Shown here: in pieces, positions 43,940 through 53,620 of the stretch
How positions within the stretch are numbered: position 1 is the first letter of the stretch
Layout: each line of letters starts with the position of its first letter
DNA from: Minisyncoccota bacterium
GTDB lineage: Bacteria > Patescibacteriota > Minisyncoccia > Phycocordibacterales > Zambryskibacteraceae
Reading direction: 5' to 3'
Assembly: GCA_020059045.1 (NCBI GenBank)
Contig: JAGVCW010000018.1
Location: 91,320-152,681, forward strand
DNA: 61,362 nucleotides
Translations under genes and position numbers: made by a program
Notes under the pieces: model-generated
What the model was told of the DNA's origin: nothing
Databases searched by the model: none
The model's input: only the letters and a program-made list of their open reading frames with translations

Positions 43940-44218
43940 TTAGACAAGTGTAGAAGACTCGTCCATTTCTGCAACAATTTCTGCCACAAGTGATACTAAG
44001 TCTTTCTCATACCTTCTTTTAAGCTCCTCCGGATTTGCGCTAAATTGCCTCTCAAAAATTATTCGAAACTTTGATGAATTATCATCAATCCACTTAGCGA
44101 CCTCCCGTTTGTCATCAAACCCTTGACCAAGTATTGCCTTTATCACCTCACGCTGAATCGTTACTTTCATCAAAAGCACTTCATGGGGCATGGGTTCTGG
44201 AACTCGTTCTTGCTTCAT
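43940..44218 (-). CDS. hypothetical protein (92 aa)
   Basis: ORF with protein-like helical sequence. No domain recognised. Confidence 0.5.
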   Translation of the reverse strand: MKQERVPEPMPHEVLLMKVTIQREVIKAILGQGFDDKREVAKWIDDNSSKFRIIFERQFSANPEELKRRYEKDLVSLVAEIVAEMDESSTLV

Positions 44219-44297
44219 TTGATTTTATACTTGAAAAAATTATACAGAAAGGCACCATGCTTTTCAACATTACACTGGCAATGTAACCTCCCAGTTT

Positions 44298-44852
44298 CTA
44301 TAACTCCTTATTGGACACCACCGACTTATTTTGCTTTGTTACATCCTCCTTTGAGTCGTATTTATCCTTCTTTTTTGCAAGTAGCCACAAGTTTTTGCGC
44401 TTCATTTTGAATAGCGAGAATCCTCCACAAAGTTTCTTACCATCCAGTACAAAATCAAGCTGACCTTTTTTATAACCATTTTGCATTATCTTTTCTACGC
44501 TCTCGTGATTCATAGCGCTAGGAAGGGTGTATATTCCTCTGTCCCAGATGATAACGGTACCTGCTCCATAATTATCCTTTTCTATCGTTCCTTCAAAATC
44601 CTTGTAGCTGTATGGATGATCCTCCACAGCAATTGCGAGTCTCCTGTGTGTGGAATTAAGCGACGGTCCTTTAGGCACTGCCCAACTTTTAAGAACTCCT
44701 TCCATTTCTAGTCGAAAGTCGTAATGTAGGCTTCTTGCTTTGTGCTTCTGAACTACGAAAATATGATCTCCTCGCACACTTCTACCTACACGTCCTACAG
44801 GCTCCTTCGTAGTATTGAATTTTCTTTTTTCATTGTAGTTGCTTAGTTTCAT
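44298..44852 (-). CDS. standalone LigD-type 3'-phosphoesterase (PE) domain protein
   Basis: FVVQKHKARSLHYDFRLEMEGVLKSWAVPKGPS...VEDHPYSYKDFEGTI...YGAGTVIIWDRGIY matches the LigD PE signature. Confidence 0.8.
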   Translation of the reverse strand: MKLSNYNEKRKFNTTKEPVGRVGRSVRGDHIFVVQKHKARSLHYDFRLEMEGVLKSWAVPKGPSLNSTHRRLAIAVEDHPYSYKDFEGTIEKDNYGAGTVIIWDRGIYTLPSAMNHESVEKIMQNGYKKGQLDFVLDGKKLCGGFSLFKMKRKNLWLLAKKKDKYDSKEDVTKQNKSVVSNKEL

Positions 44853-44998
44853 GGGTTAAATTGGGATATGGAACGAAGAAATTTTCGCCCATTGTGAAGT
44901 AAACCTACATTTTCGGTTTCATATATACACTAATGGAAAACGTATTAAGAAATGATTAACCTATTTAAAGTCTTGAGATCAACTCACTAAGAAACAGC

Positions 44999-46093
44999 TT
45001 AAAAAAGTTTCATAACATCATTAAAAGTTACAACTATCATAAGAAGTATGAGGAGAGCAAAACCAATTCCATTCAAAGCGTTCGTAACCCGAGGTGGAAT
45101 GGATTTCTGCATTATTGCCTCAATGAGCAAGAAGAGTAGCCGCCCACCATCAAGAGCTGGCAGTGGTAGTAAGTTAATGATTGCCAAGTTAATAGATATG
45201 ATTGCAGTAAATGAGAGCAGGTATACAAACCCAAGGTTTGTCACGTCACCCACAAGCCCCACTATTCCTACGGGGCCTGTCACTTGAGAAAGATCACCTT
45301 GCCCCTTGAATGCGTCAGCTATAAAACTTCCAAGTCCGAGAGCCGTAGCGGCGGTCGCTCCAATTGCAGTCTTGCCTCCCTCCCACACTGCAAGATGAGG
45401 TGGCAGTTTTAGCGTGCCTATTATTTCCATCGAGATTCCTATGGCGAAACGCCCCGCGACTATTCCCTCCTGCGCAATTACATTTGATGAAGACATGATT
45501 TCCTTCCCGCGACCAAGCTGAAACACTACACCTTCTTTTCCATGAGCTTCTATAAAGTTAGAAACAAGCTGTGGTGAGAGCTCCTTAAGAACATATTTCT
45601 CAGATGAAGCCTCAAGTATTACATCTCCTGCTTTTAACCCACCAGCAAACGCTGGGGATTCTGGCGCAACACTTGTAACAACAAGAGCAGGATTTGTAAC
45701 CATTCCAGGGCCAACATAATCTGCTGGAGTAGGAAGCCCTATAATGTAACCTGCTGATATAAGTAGCCATGCAAAGAGAAAGTTGAAGAACACTCCACCA
45801 AAGAGTACTGCGGCTTGAACAATCCGAGGTTTACTTGTGATACTTCGCGCACTTTCGGGACCATTTAGCGATAGGTCATCTGGATCCTCACCAAATATTT
45901 TCACATATCCGCCAAAGGGAACTGCGTTCACAGAATAAAGTGTTTCTCCTTTTTGCTTCGTCCACAACCGTGGGGGAAAACCAATACCAAATTCAGTGAC
46001 CTTGATTTCAAACTTCTTTGCAGTAAGGAAATGTCCAAGTTCATGGACAAAAACAAGTATTGCTAAAACGATTATAAAAATAATGAAAGACAT
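44999..46093 (-). CDS. rseP: RIP metalloprotease RseP (site-2 protease, M50)
   Basis: HELGHF zinc motif, a PDZ region and a C-terminal LPLPALDGG motif. Confidence 0.9.
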   Translation of the reverse strand: MSFIIFIIVLAILVFVHELGHFLTAKKFEIKVTEFGIGFPPRLWTKQKGETLYSVNAVPFGGYVKIFGEDPDDLSLNGPESARSITSKPRIVQAAVLFGGVFFNFLFAWLLISAGYIIGLPTPADYVGPGMVTNPALVVTSVAPESPAFAGGLKAGDVILEASSEKYVLKELSPQLVSNFIEAHGKEGVVFQLGRGKEIMSSSNVIAQEGIVAGRFAIGISMEIIGTLKLPPHLAVWEGGKTAIGATAATALGLGSFIADAFKGQGDLSQVTGPVGIVGLVGDVTNLGFVYLLSFTAIISINLAIINLLPLPALDGGRLLFLLIEAIMQKSIPPRVTNALNGIGFALLILLMIVVTFNDVMKLF

Positions 46094-46175
46094 AATTAAA
46101 TGTTATATGTGTTATAGATGTTCTAGATGTTTAAACTGTTAATTACATTTACAACAAATATAACAACTACTACTC

Positions 46176-46727
46176 TTAGGTGCTAATTTCCTTTTCCTTC
46201 CTCTCTGCAGCTTCGTCCAGCTTCTTGTTTGTCTCATCTATCATCTTTTGCATATCCTCAAGAAGCCTAAACTTGTCATCCTCACCCATTTCTCCTTTTT
46301 TCTCCTTTTCTTCAATATCACTTTTCACTGCATCTCTCTCTTTACGCAGAGATATTCTAGCTTCCTCGTGCTTCTGCTTAGCAACCTTTATAAGTGAGAC
46401 TCTCCTTTCTGCAGTTAGGTCAGGGAAAATCACTCTAAGGCCTTTTTCATCTGTGACTACAGACAACCCAAGCCCCGCATCAATTATTCCCTTCTCTATT
46501 GATTTAACCAAGGTTGCGTCCCATGGACTGACACGAAGAGTTTTAGCATCCTCCACAGTAATACTTGCTACTTGATTTATAGCCATTCGTGATCCATATG
46601 AGTCAACAGATATTGCATCCAATATGATGGGTGTTGCCCTGCCCGTTCGGATAGAGGAAAATTCTTTCTTTAGCCACTCCTCAGTGTCGGTGATTTTTTG
46701 TTTTAATAGAGTGAAGTTGTACGCCAT
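46176..46727 (-). CDS. frr: ribosome recycling factor
   Basis: Typical 183-aa RRF with SIRTGRATPIILD and LTAERR blocks. Confidence 0.95.
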   Translation of the reverse strand: MAYNFTLLKQKITDTEEWLKKEFSSIRTGRATPIILDAISVDSYGSRMAINQVASITVEDAKTLRVSPWDATLVKSIEKGIIDAGLGLSVVTDEKGLRVIFPDLTAERRVSLIKVAKQKHEEARISLRKERDAVKSDIEEKEKKGEMGEDDKFRLLEDMQKMIDETNKKLDEAAERKEKEIST

Positions 46728-46781
46728 TTCTTTATACTAGCAAAAAATAATCAGTTCTCAAATAAAGCATTAGTACGAAAT

Positions 46782-47480
46782 CTAAGCACCTAGATGCGGA
46801 AGAATACCGGAGACATGCTCTAGAATCATTTTTATCGACGGAGAACGATCGCGCAGATAGTCTCTAGCAAGCGCAAGCTCGTCTAACGCGAAAACTATTT
46901 CCTTAGAATAATTTTTCCTGCCAATTTCTTTTGAGAGTACTGCCTCAATCGAGTTTAAAAGTTTTTCAGCCTCATTTTTATCCTTGCTTTCTGCAATGTC
47001 ATTTACAATAGAGAACCTATCCTTAAGTGAGGAGTTTAGAAAATCCTGGCCAACGCCTCCCACTTCATTTGAGTAAACACCAGTACATTGAATGTATTGC
47101 ATTCGTGATCTAAGAGTTGGAAGCAAACTTTCAAATGATCGCAGAATTACAAAGAAATGCGTACCAGCATTTGGCTCCTCAAACATTTTAAGAAGTGCGT
47201 TCTGTGCCTCACGAGTAATCTCCCCTATAAGCAGAACAAACACTTTTCTTGAATTAGAAAAAGATTTTTTTAGCTCCAGTTTCCCAAGCTCTCTTGCCTC
47301 ATCAATCCCGAGAGTTTCATAGTCCTTCTCATGGTAGTCAGGATTGGCTTGTATAGAGTACTCAAGGGTCTTTTCAAAGAAATTTTTAAGTTCCTCTAGC
47401 ACTACATGTCTTTCTCCTTCTAGAGCATAGGCATGATGCAGAAATTTATTTTTTTTATATAACGACGTAAGCTGTTCCAT
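46782..47480 (-). CDS. holB: DNA polymerase III delta-prime-like subunit
   Basis: HAYALEG..., AQNALLKMFEEP and LLPTLRSRMQ blocks of clamp-loader delta-prime. Confidence 0.75.
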   Translation of the reverse strand: MEQLTSLYKKNKFLHHAYALEGERHVVLEELKNFFEKTLEYSIQANPDYHEKDYETLGIDEARELGKLELKKSFSNSRKVFVLLIGEITREAQNALLKMFEEPNAGTHFFVILRSFESLLPTLRSRMQYIQCTGVYSNEVGGVGQDFLNSSLKDRFSIVNDIAESKDKNEAEKLLNSIEAVLSKEIGRKNYSKEIVFALDELALARDYLRDRSPSIKMILEHVSGILPHLGA

Positions 47481-47518
47481 GTAGAGTAATTATCTCATTC
47501 ATTTTACGAAGAATAATC

Positions 47519-47547
47519 TTGACATATCACAATAACCATTCTATTCT
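47519..47547 (+). promoter_or_regulatory. sigma-70-type promoter (TTGACA-17-TATTCT)
   Basis: Hexamers at 47519-47524 and 47542-47547. Confidence 0.5.
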
Positions 47548-47583
47548 ACCTTTAGAAGGTCAACTCACTCTCAAGGAGTAACC

Positions 47584-47781
47584 ATGGAACCAGTTATGAA
47601 GTTGACTGAAGTAGAGTTCGCAGAACGAACAGCTGGAGTAGAGCTGAGCCTTGCAGAACTTGCAGTTCTAAGAAAGGACGTTGGTCTTCCACTACTTCCC
47701 GGCATGACTGTACCAGAGGAAGATGTGTACCGAAAGCGGATCCAAGCGAAAGCTTGGGCAAAACTGCCAATTCAAGGATAG
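47584..47781 (+). CDS. hypothetical small protein (65 aa)
   Basis: CAAGGAG RBS, G+C-richer than the backbone. Confidence 0.55.
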   Translation: MEPVMKLTEVEFAERTAGVELSLAELAVLRKDVGLPLLPGMTVPEEDVYRKRIQAKAWAKLPIQG

Positions 47782-47804
47782 AACAATCTGAAAGCAAGGC
47801 AATA

Positions 47805-48143
47805 ATGAGCGAAAGGGTACGAGAAAAATTTACATCTTGGCTTTCGAAACAGCAGGCAACACCCCATGGAGCAAAGTTGCTGACTGACAATGTCCTCAAA
47901 GCAATGGAAGAAGTGGTGTCAAAGGGAGTTTCGCCAAGAGAGAATGCGTTGATCCGTCAGATTGTGAAAAAAAGATTGCAGATAAAAATTGATCTTGCCA
48001 AGATACCGTTGACGCCCCGTGATATTACTTCACGGGATTTTTTATATAACGTCCATTACCTAGTCCGTGCGAAGTTCGGTCGCGGGATCTTCACTCTTCC
48101 TTATTCAACGATTCCTTATTCTTCCCTTACCTTTTCGCAATAA
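47805..48143 (+). CDS. hypothetical protein (112 aa)
   Basis: The start is set at the ATG after the AAGCAAGG RBS. The 3' end overlaps the convergent mreB paralog by 17 nt. Confidence 0.5.
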   Translation: MSERVREKFTSWLSKQQATPHGAKLLTDNVLKAMEEVVSKGVSPRENALIRQIVKKRLQIKIDLAKIPLTPRDITSRDFLYNVHYLVRAKFGRGIFTLPYSTIPYSSLTFSQ

Positions 48144-49140
48144 TACTCCTCTTGTACGTATCCAGGTGTTCAAGCGCTATACCTGTGCCGTTTGCTACAC
48201 AATACAGAGCTTCCTTTGCAAGCACAGCTTTCACTCCTGTACGTCTGAACACAAGCTCAGGAAGATTGCGGAGCTGAGACGAGCCTCCTGTCATTATGAT
48301 TCCCCTATCAATAATGTCTGATGAGAGTTCAGGTGGAGTGTCTTGTAAAACATCTTTGATCGCCTTTATCATTTCTCGAAGTTCCTTACTTATTGCTTTT
48401 ACGATTTCATTTGTCTTCACCTCGACAGATCGTGGAAGACCAAGTACATAATCTCGACCTCTTATAGACATTGTGAGTTCCTCATCAATCGGGATCGCTG
48501 AACCTACTTTTATTTTTATTTCCTCAGCAGTCTTGTCGCCAATGGCAAGATTAAAAGTTCTTTTAATATAGTCTGCTATTGCCGCGTCAATTCTGTTTCC
48601 AGCACATTTCACTGAAGTCGACGACACAATCCCACCAAGAGAAATTACGGCAACATCAGTGGTTCCTCCCCCAATGTCTACAATCATGTGCCCGATCGGC
48701 TCATGTATGGGAATCCCAGCACCTATCGCAGCAAGTATTGGCTCTTTCACTACATAAGCATTCCTTGCACCAGCTTTTATTGCAGCTTCTACCACAGCAC
48801 GGCGTTCAGTAGAAGTCACTCCGGCAGGAACCGAAATGAGCACTTCTGGCTTTGCTATATTCCACTTACCAAGGGCTTTTGTAATATAGTACCGAAGCAT
48901 TGCTTCAGTCACTCTATAGTCTGCAATAACTCCATCCTTCATTGGCCTATAGGCAACGATTGATTCTGGAGTCTTGCCTATCATCTGTTTAGCTTCGAGC
49001 CCTATGGCAAGAATTTTATTATCTTCTTCAGAAATTGCCACAACCGATGGCTCGTTTAGCACAATTCCCTTTCCTGGCACATAGACAAGTACGCTAGTTG
49101 TTCCAAGATCAATACCAAGTTTTTTAGAAAATATTCCCAT
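48127..49140 (-). CDS. mreB: MreB paralog (actin-like)
   Basis: LGIDLGTTSVLVYV, IVDIGGGTTDVAVISLGG and GIIMTGGSSQL blocks. Confidence 0.92.
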   Translation of the reverse strand: MGIFSKKLGIDLGTTSVLVYVPGKGIVLNEPSVVAISEEDNKILAIGLEAKQMIGKTPESIVAYRPMKDGVIADYRVTEAMLRYYITKALGKWNIAKPEVLISVPAGVTSTERRAVVEAAIKAGARNAYVVKEPILAAIGAGIPIHEPIGHMIVDIGGGTTDVAVISLGGIVSSTSVKCAGNRIDAAIADYIKRTFNLAIGDKTAEEIKIKVGSAIPIDEELTMSIRGRDYVLGLPRSVEVKTNEIVKAISKELREMIKAIKDVLQDTPPELSSDIIDRGIIMTGGSSQLRNLPELVFRRTGVKAVLAKEALYCVANGTGIALEHLDTYKRSIIAKR

Positions 49141-49272
49141 GGCGAGTAGAGTTTAGCTTCCAGCTTATAGCTTTTAGCTTTCGAACACAAGAATGGTTTG
49201 ACAAAATATTGTGTATATGTTAATTCTAGAGTAGTACTTTTAGAATCCTCCAAACCGCACATGAGGTTAAGT

Positions 49273-49503
49273 ATGAAGATGAGTGTAATCAAGTCTTCCG
49301 TCCATCTTTCAAAGGGTGGCCCAGCAGTGCTTGTACCTGGAGGTTATAGTGCTGCAGTAGTAGAGATCACAGCGGAGACTGACGCAGAGTTTGCATTGAT
49401 TCGGAAATTAAGGGAGCAAGGTTTAGCTAAAGTAGCGGAAAAAGGTGTAATCAAGATGTTGGTAGTAAAAATTAGCTCAATTAGTAACAGCACTCAGTGG
49501 TAG
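49273..49503 (+). CDS. hypothetical small protein (76 aa)
   Basis: The start is set at the ATG 6 nt after GAGG. Confidence 0.45.
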   Translation: MKMSVIKSSVHLSKGGPAVLVPGGYSAAVVEITAETDAEFALIRKLREQGLAKVAEKGVIKMLVVKISSISNSTQW

Positions 49504-49685
49504 AAAACTATATAGTCCCAGTAAGCGCAAGCTGTATTGGGATTTTTTGTATATGGCATATTACTCATTATAAGTTGAAGGGTGATGTGAAGTTATTGTG
49601 ATATTATGCATATTTGACTTTATCTAATTAGTACCATAGAGTTTGCCCAGATTGCTGACATAAACCACAACCCAAGGAGTACACT

Positions 49686-50240
49686 ATGTTTTGGGATCCT
49701 AGGTATAGAGGAGATGTGAATCAGATTCTCACTGGTGAAGAAGTACTTTCATTTTGCCCTTGGCTTTGGGCATTCAATCAGATATGGTCAAAAGGGTGGG
49801 CATCAAATAGTGGATCAATGCACCCACTCAATCTTCATGTACTAACAAAGGAAATCCATGATGCCTCAAGCGAGAATATCATGTTCTTCGGGTCAAGCTC
49901 TAATATCTTGGAAGCAAGACAGGTACGTAAAGCCACTTCAAGATTTGATCCATTTCACAGAGGATTGGATATCGCAGGCAAAACAGCCCTATCGATAGTC
50001 CCGGGAGATGAAGGAAGAACAGTTGCAGAGAAGATCATCTCGAGATTGGGGGGTGGCTTGAGCAGTGACGAACGTGTAACCCAGCTTGTAATTGCTGTGG
50101 ATGATGAAGTGGCGGACAGGACAACACACTACTATATCTACACCCATCCGGATGGCTGGAATAGTAACTTGTTGCCGATGATTTTCGAAGCGGCACAAGA
50201 TTTTCAGCCTACGTGGCGAGGACAACATGCTACAGCATAA
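49686..50240 (+). CDS. hypothetical protein (184 aa)
   Basis: CAAGGAG RBS, G+C-richer than the backbone. Confidence 0.6.
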   Translation: MFWDPRYRGDVNQILTGEEVLSFCPWLWAFNQIWSKGWASNSGSMHPLNLHVLTKEIHDASSENIMFFGSSSNILEARQVRKATSRFDPFHRGLDIAGKTALSIVPGDEGRTVAEKIISRLGGGLSSDERVTQLVIAVDDEVADRTTHYYIYTHPDGWNSNLLPMIFEAAQDFQPTWRGQHATA

Positions 50241-50297
50241 CAAGATGGTGTAGCTTTTTTATTTATGAAGACTTCCATCATATTGTATGATTAACCC

Positions 50298-52181
50298 ATG
50301 CAGGTCTACACCGTCATACCCATTACGAAAGGCATTGGTAAGGAAACTCTTAGCTACTTTGGGCCAGACTCAATTGATCTTGGCTCCCTAGTCAATATCC
50401 CCTTGCGGTCTAAAACGAGAAACGCGATAGTAGTTGAGAAGCGTGACATAGGGACAGAAAAAGCAAATATCAAATCTTCAACTTTTGCTTTACGGAAAAT
50501 AGGCAAAGTGGTGGCCGAAAGTTTACTCTCAAGCGGGTTTATGGAAGCAGCCCGTCTTACTGCAACATTTTCAGCTTGCACTACAGGAGCAATCCTTGCA
50601 CATGTTGTACCCAAGTTAGTACTCGAATACCCAAGCAAGAAACCCTCACCAAAGAGGTTGAAGGAGGGCGTGCGCCGAGAACCACTTGTTCTGCAAGCAG
50701 ATGATCAGGATCGTATAGCACATTACAAGAGTTTCATTAGAGGCGAGTTTGCACGGAATGCTTCTGTTTTTTTCTGTGTGCCTACCATAGAAGACATCCG
50801 ATTCATTAAAGATGAGATCGGTAAAGGCATTTCAGATTACACAGCAATCTTTCACTCAGGTCTTTCTAAAAAAGAGTTTCAGAGAGAGCTCGACAAGGTT
50901 CTCGACAAGTCACACCCGGTACTAATACTTGGCACTCCGGCATTTCTATCCATTGAGCGTGACGATGTTGGAAGTATAATACTTGATCGCGAGAATTCCC
51001 GCAGTTACCGAGTCCAGACAAGACCATACTTTGACCTACGAGTTTTCGTTAAACATTTTGCCACATGTTCCAGTAGGAAACTCATTTTCGGAGACATGAT
51101 GCTAAGTGTTGAAGCCCTATATAAGCTCAAAAATGATGAATATTCCGAGCTCTCTCCTATAAAATCAAGACTGCTTTCTTCTGCCGAAAACCTGTTAGTA
51201 GACATGAAAGGAGAAAAGAACAAAATCATAAAGGACTTTCGTGTTCTTTCTTTAGAGTTAGAAGCTCTCATTGATAAGACCAAAGAAGAAAGCGAACAGT
51301 TATTTATTTTTAGTGGGCGCAAGGGTCTGGCTCCTGTAACCGTCTGTGGAGACTGCGGTCAAGTGGTTACCTGCCGAGTCTGCTCTGCTCCTGTAGTACT
51401 CTACTCTTCGAAAAGCAGGAACTTTTTCAAATGTAACAAATGTGGTGAGGAGAGAGACTCGATGGAGCGCTGTACCAACTGTGATAGCTGGAAGCTGACT
51501 ACTCTAGGTATCGGCATAGAATTAGTAGAAAGCGAGATAAAAAAGAAGTTCCCAAATATAAAAATATTAAGAATAGACAAGGAAACTATAAAAACTGAGA
51601 AGAAGGCGCAAGAAATAGTTAAGAAGTTTGAAGATAGCCCCGGAAGCATTCTCCTGGGTACAGAGATGGCACTCGTCTACTTGAAGCACTCTGTTGAAAA
51701 CGTGGCTGTCGCATCTATCGACTCACTACTCTCAATCCCGGACTTTCGAATTAACGAAAAAATTTTTTATACCCTACTCACATTGCGTGGTCGCGCTCGA
51801 AAAGTCTTCGTAGTCCAGACACGCAATGCAAGTAACACTATTTTTGATTATGCATTGAAAGGTAATATCACTGACTTTTATCGGGAGGAAGTAGATGATA
51901 GGAAGAAGTTTTCATATCCTCCTTTTTCTATTTTTATAAAGCTCTCTATCGAAGGTAGAGATTCTACCGCTCGTATGGAGGCTGAGAGAATTGCAACAAT
52001 TTTTGAAGAAGAGAGTCCAATTGTTTTTGAAAGTAGAGCACTATCCAAGCGAGGTGGGAGTGTGGTAAATATTCTTATTCGTTTACCTGCGAGTTCGTGG
52101 CCAAATCTAGATATAATTAAGAAAATTGAGTCACTCCCCCTAAGTGTTGCAATACGTGTCGACCCTGAGACACTTCTTTAA
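50298..52181 (+). CDS. priA: PriA-like primosomal protein N' with degenerate helicase motifs
   Basis: N-terminal 3'-DNA-binding-like domain, IFHSGLSKKEF, and the Cys-rich CGDCGQVVTCRVCSAPV...CNKCGE...CTNC region. The Walker A and DEEH positions read QADDQDRIAHY and DREN. Confidence 0.8.
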   Translation: MQVYTVIPITKGIGKETLSYFGPDSIDLGSLVNIPLRSKTRNAIVVEKRDIGTEKANIKSSTFALRKIGKVVAESLLSSGFMEAARLTATFSACTTGAILAHVVPKLVLEYPSKKPSPKRLKEGVRREPLVLQADDQDRIAHYKSFIRGEFARNASVFFCVPTIEDIRFIKDEIGKGISDYTAIFHSGLSKKEFQRELDKVLDKSHPVLILGTPAFLSIERDDVGSIILDRENSRSYRVQTRPYFDLRVFVKHFATCSSRKLIFGDMMLSVEALYKLKNDEYSELSPIKSRLLSSAENLLVDMKGEKNKIIKDFRVLSLELEALIDKTKEESEQLFIFSGRKGLAPVTVCGDCGQVVTCRVCSAPVVLYSSKSRNFFKCNKCGEERDSMERCTNCDSWKLTTLGIGIELVESEIKKKFPNIKILRIDKETIKTEKKAQEIVKKFEDSPGSILLGTEMALVYLKHSVENVAVASIDSLLSIPDFRINEKIFYTLLTLRGRARKVFVVQTRNASNTIFDYALKGNITDFYREEVDDRKKFSYPPFSIFIKLSIEGRDSTARMEAERIATIFEEESPIVFESRALSKRGGSVVNILIRLPASSWPNLDIIKKIESLPLSVAIRVDPETLL

Positions 52182-52256
52182 TTCCACAAGTATTACGGTT
52201 GTTTACCGTTCCTATATCTATTTTATATATGTGGTGGCTATGCACAACTGCTGTGC

Positions 52257-52286
52257 TTGACTCTTATGCACAATCTGTGATATAGT
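52257..52286 (+). promoter_or_regulatory. sigma-70-type promoter (TTGACT-18-TGATATAGT)
   Basis: Hexamers at 52257-52262 and 52281-52286. Confidence 0.5.
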
Positions 52287-52342
52287 CCAGTATAGATCAA
52301 TGAGTTTGATCAATCATCGTTCTTTCACAAGGAGGAAAACGC

Positions 52343-53443
52343 ATGCGCATTCGAGCAAACGCTTGGCACTTGTGGGTGTACGAGCAAGCTTACGTACATG
52401 ACCGCTACTGGTTGGACTCGAAAAGTATCGGTCCGGTGGAGTTCCCCGAGCTTCCTGAGACAGCAACCTACAGAGAGTTCGAGAGGAAGTATTACAAGAT
52501 GCCTGAAGAAGAGCAGCTTAGCAAGGAGACACGGAACAGGCTCTGGGAGTTAGCAGAGGCTTCGCAGGAAGCCTACTCGAAATGGCACGAGGAGCAGGAG
52601 ACAATCTACACAACAAACAGGTCTCGCGAAGTGAGTGAACGACTGCACGCTGGGAGAATGTCCCTATGCCCATACTTCTGGAGTGTTATCTCGGCTCTTG
52701 TTTTCTACTATGGATTTGTTCGTAGTACACGACCGTTTCGTCGACTCTTCAGGCGCGTCGCACCGGCACTTGAAACTGCTATGGCCACTCTGATGCTTGT
52801 TGTAGTATATGGAGGGCTCGTGGGAATCGTGGGATTCATCGGTTACGGTTTCTACGAGATCCGAGATCAAATTCCGACACCAGCGAGCATCGTTGTTAGC
52901 GTCAAGACAGAGTACCGCGAGTACAGGGAGAGTCAACGACAAGAAGCCGAGCATCAGGCCGAGCGAGCTCGTGAACAACAGGAATGGGAACGAGCCAATC
53001 CGCAGGAAGCTATGCTTCGACGGCAACAGGAGGAGCAACTCCGAGCGCAACAGCCTACTTGGCGCGATTTTGCACGCGACATGGTGCGAGATCTCTGGGG
53101 TACCTTCAAAAGTGCCGTATTTTATGTAGGTGCACTTGTCGGTAGTGTTATTGCTTTAGTCCTCGTAATCTCTCTACTCATGTATCTCTCACTCCTTTTC
53201 GGAAAGGCTTTTTCTTTCCTTGCGCGACTACTTAGTCCCGCAGTCCAGTCTTTATCGATCAAGTCGATGCCCGAGAGTGCTTTCCGCATTTGGCTTATTC
53301 GACAGTTTCGGCGAGTCGCAAACGCATGGGCAGCATGGTGGCAGTTCTGGAATGACACCCGAGAACTCGTCACAGCTTTCGCTAAAGCGAAGAAGGAACG
53401 CGTGTGTCCCTACCTCACAATTGAGAACGAGAGGCCGGTGTAA
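52343..53443 (+). CDS. hypothetical membrane protein (366 aa) with central Glu/Arg/Gln-rich helix
   Basis: CAAGGAGG RBS. TM helices flank the charged segment EYRESQRQEAEHQAERAREQQEWERANPQEAMLRRQQEEQLRAQQ. Confidence 0.65.
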   Translation: MRIRANAWHLWVYEQAYVHDRYWLDSKSIGPVEFPELPETATYREFERKYYKMPEEEQLSKETRNRLWELAEASQEAYSKWHEEQETIYTTNRSREVSERLHAGRMSLCPYFWSVISALVFYYGFVRSTRPFRRLFRRVAPALETAMATLMLVVVYGGLVGIVGFIGYGFYEIRDQIPTPASIVVSVKTEYREYRESQRQEAEHQAERAREQQEWERANPQEAMLRRQQEEQLRAQQPTWRDFARDMVRDLWGTFKSAVFYVGALVGSVIALVLVISLLMYLSLLFGKAFSFLARLLSPAVQSLSIKSMPESAFRIWLIRQFRRVANAWAAWWQFWNDTRELVTAFAKAKKERVCPYLTIENERPV

Positions 53444-53620
53444 CCAGCAAGGGTTTCTTCTTTATTTCACGAGTCTGCAGTTCTACGGAGTTGCAGGCTC
53501 ATTTTATTAATATCAAAAACGTCGTGCTGGTTAGATGTGAATGACCATAGAATTCGGAAAAGTATAAATACCAATTACCAATACTCTAAAATAGAGCTAT
53601 AATACTTGCTTTTTTCTTCA

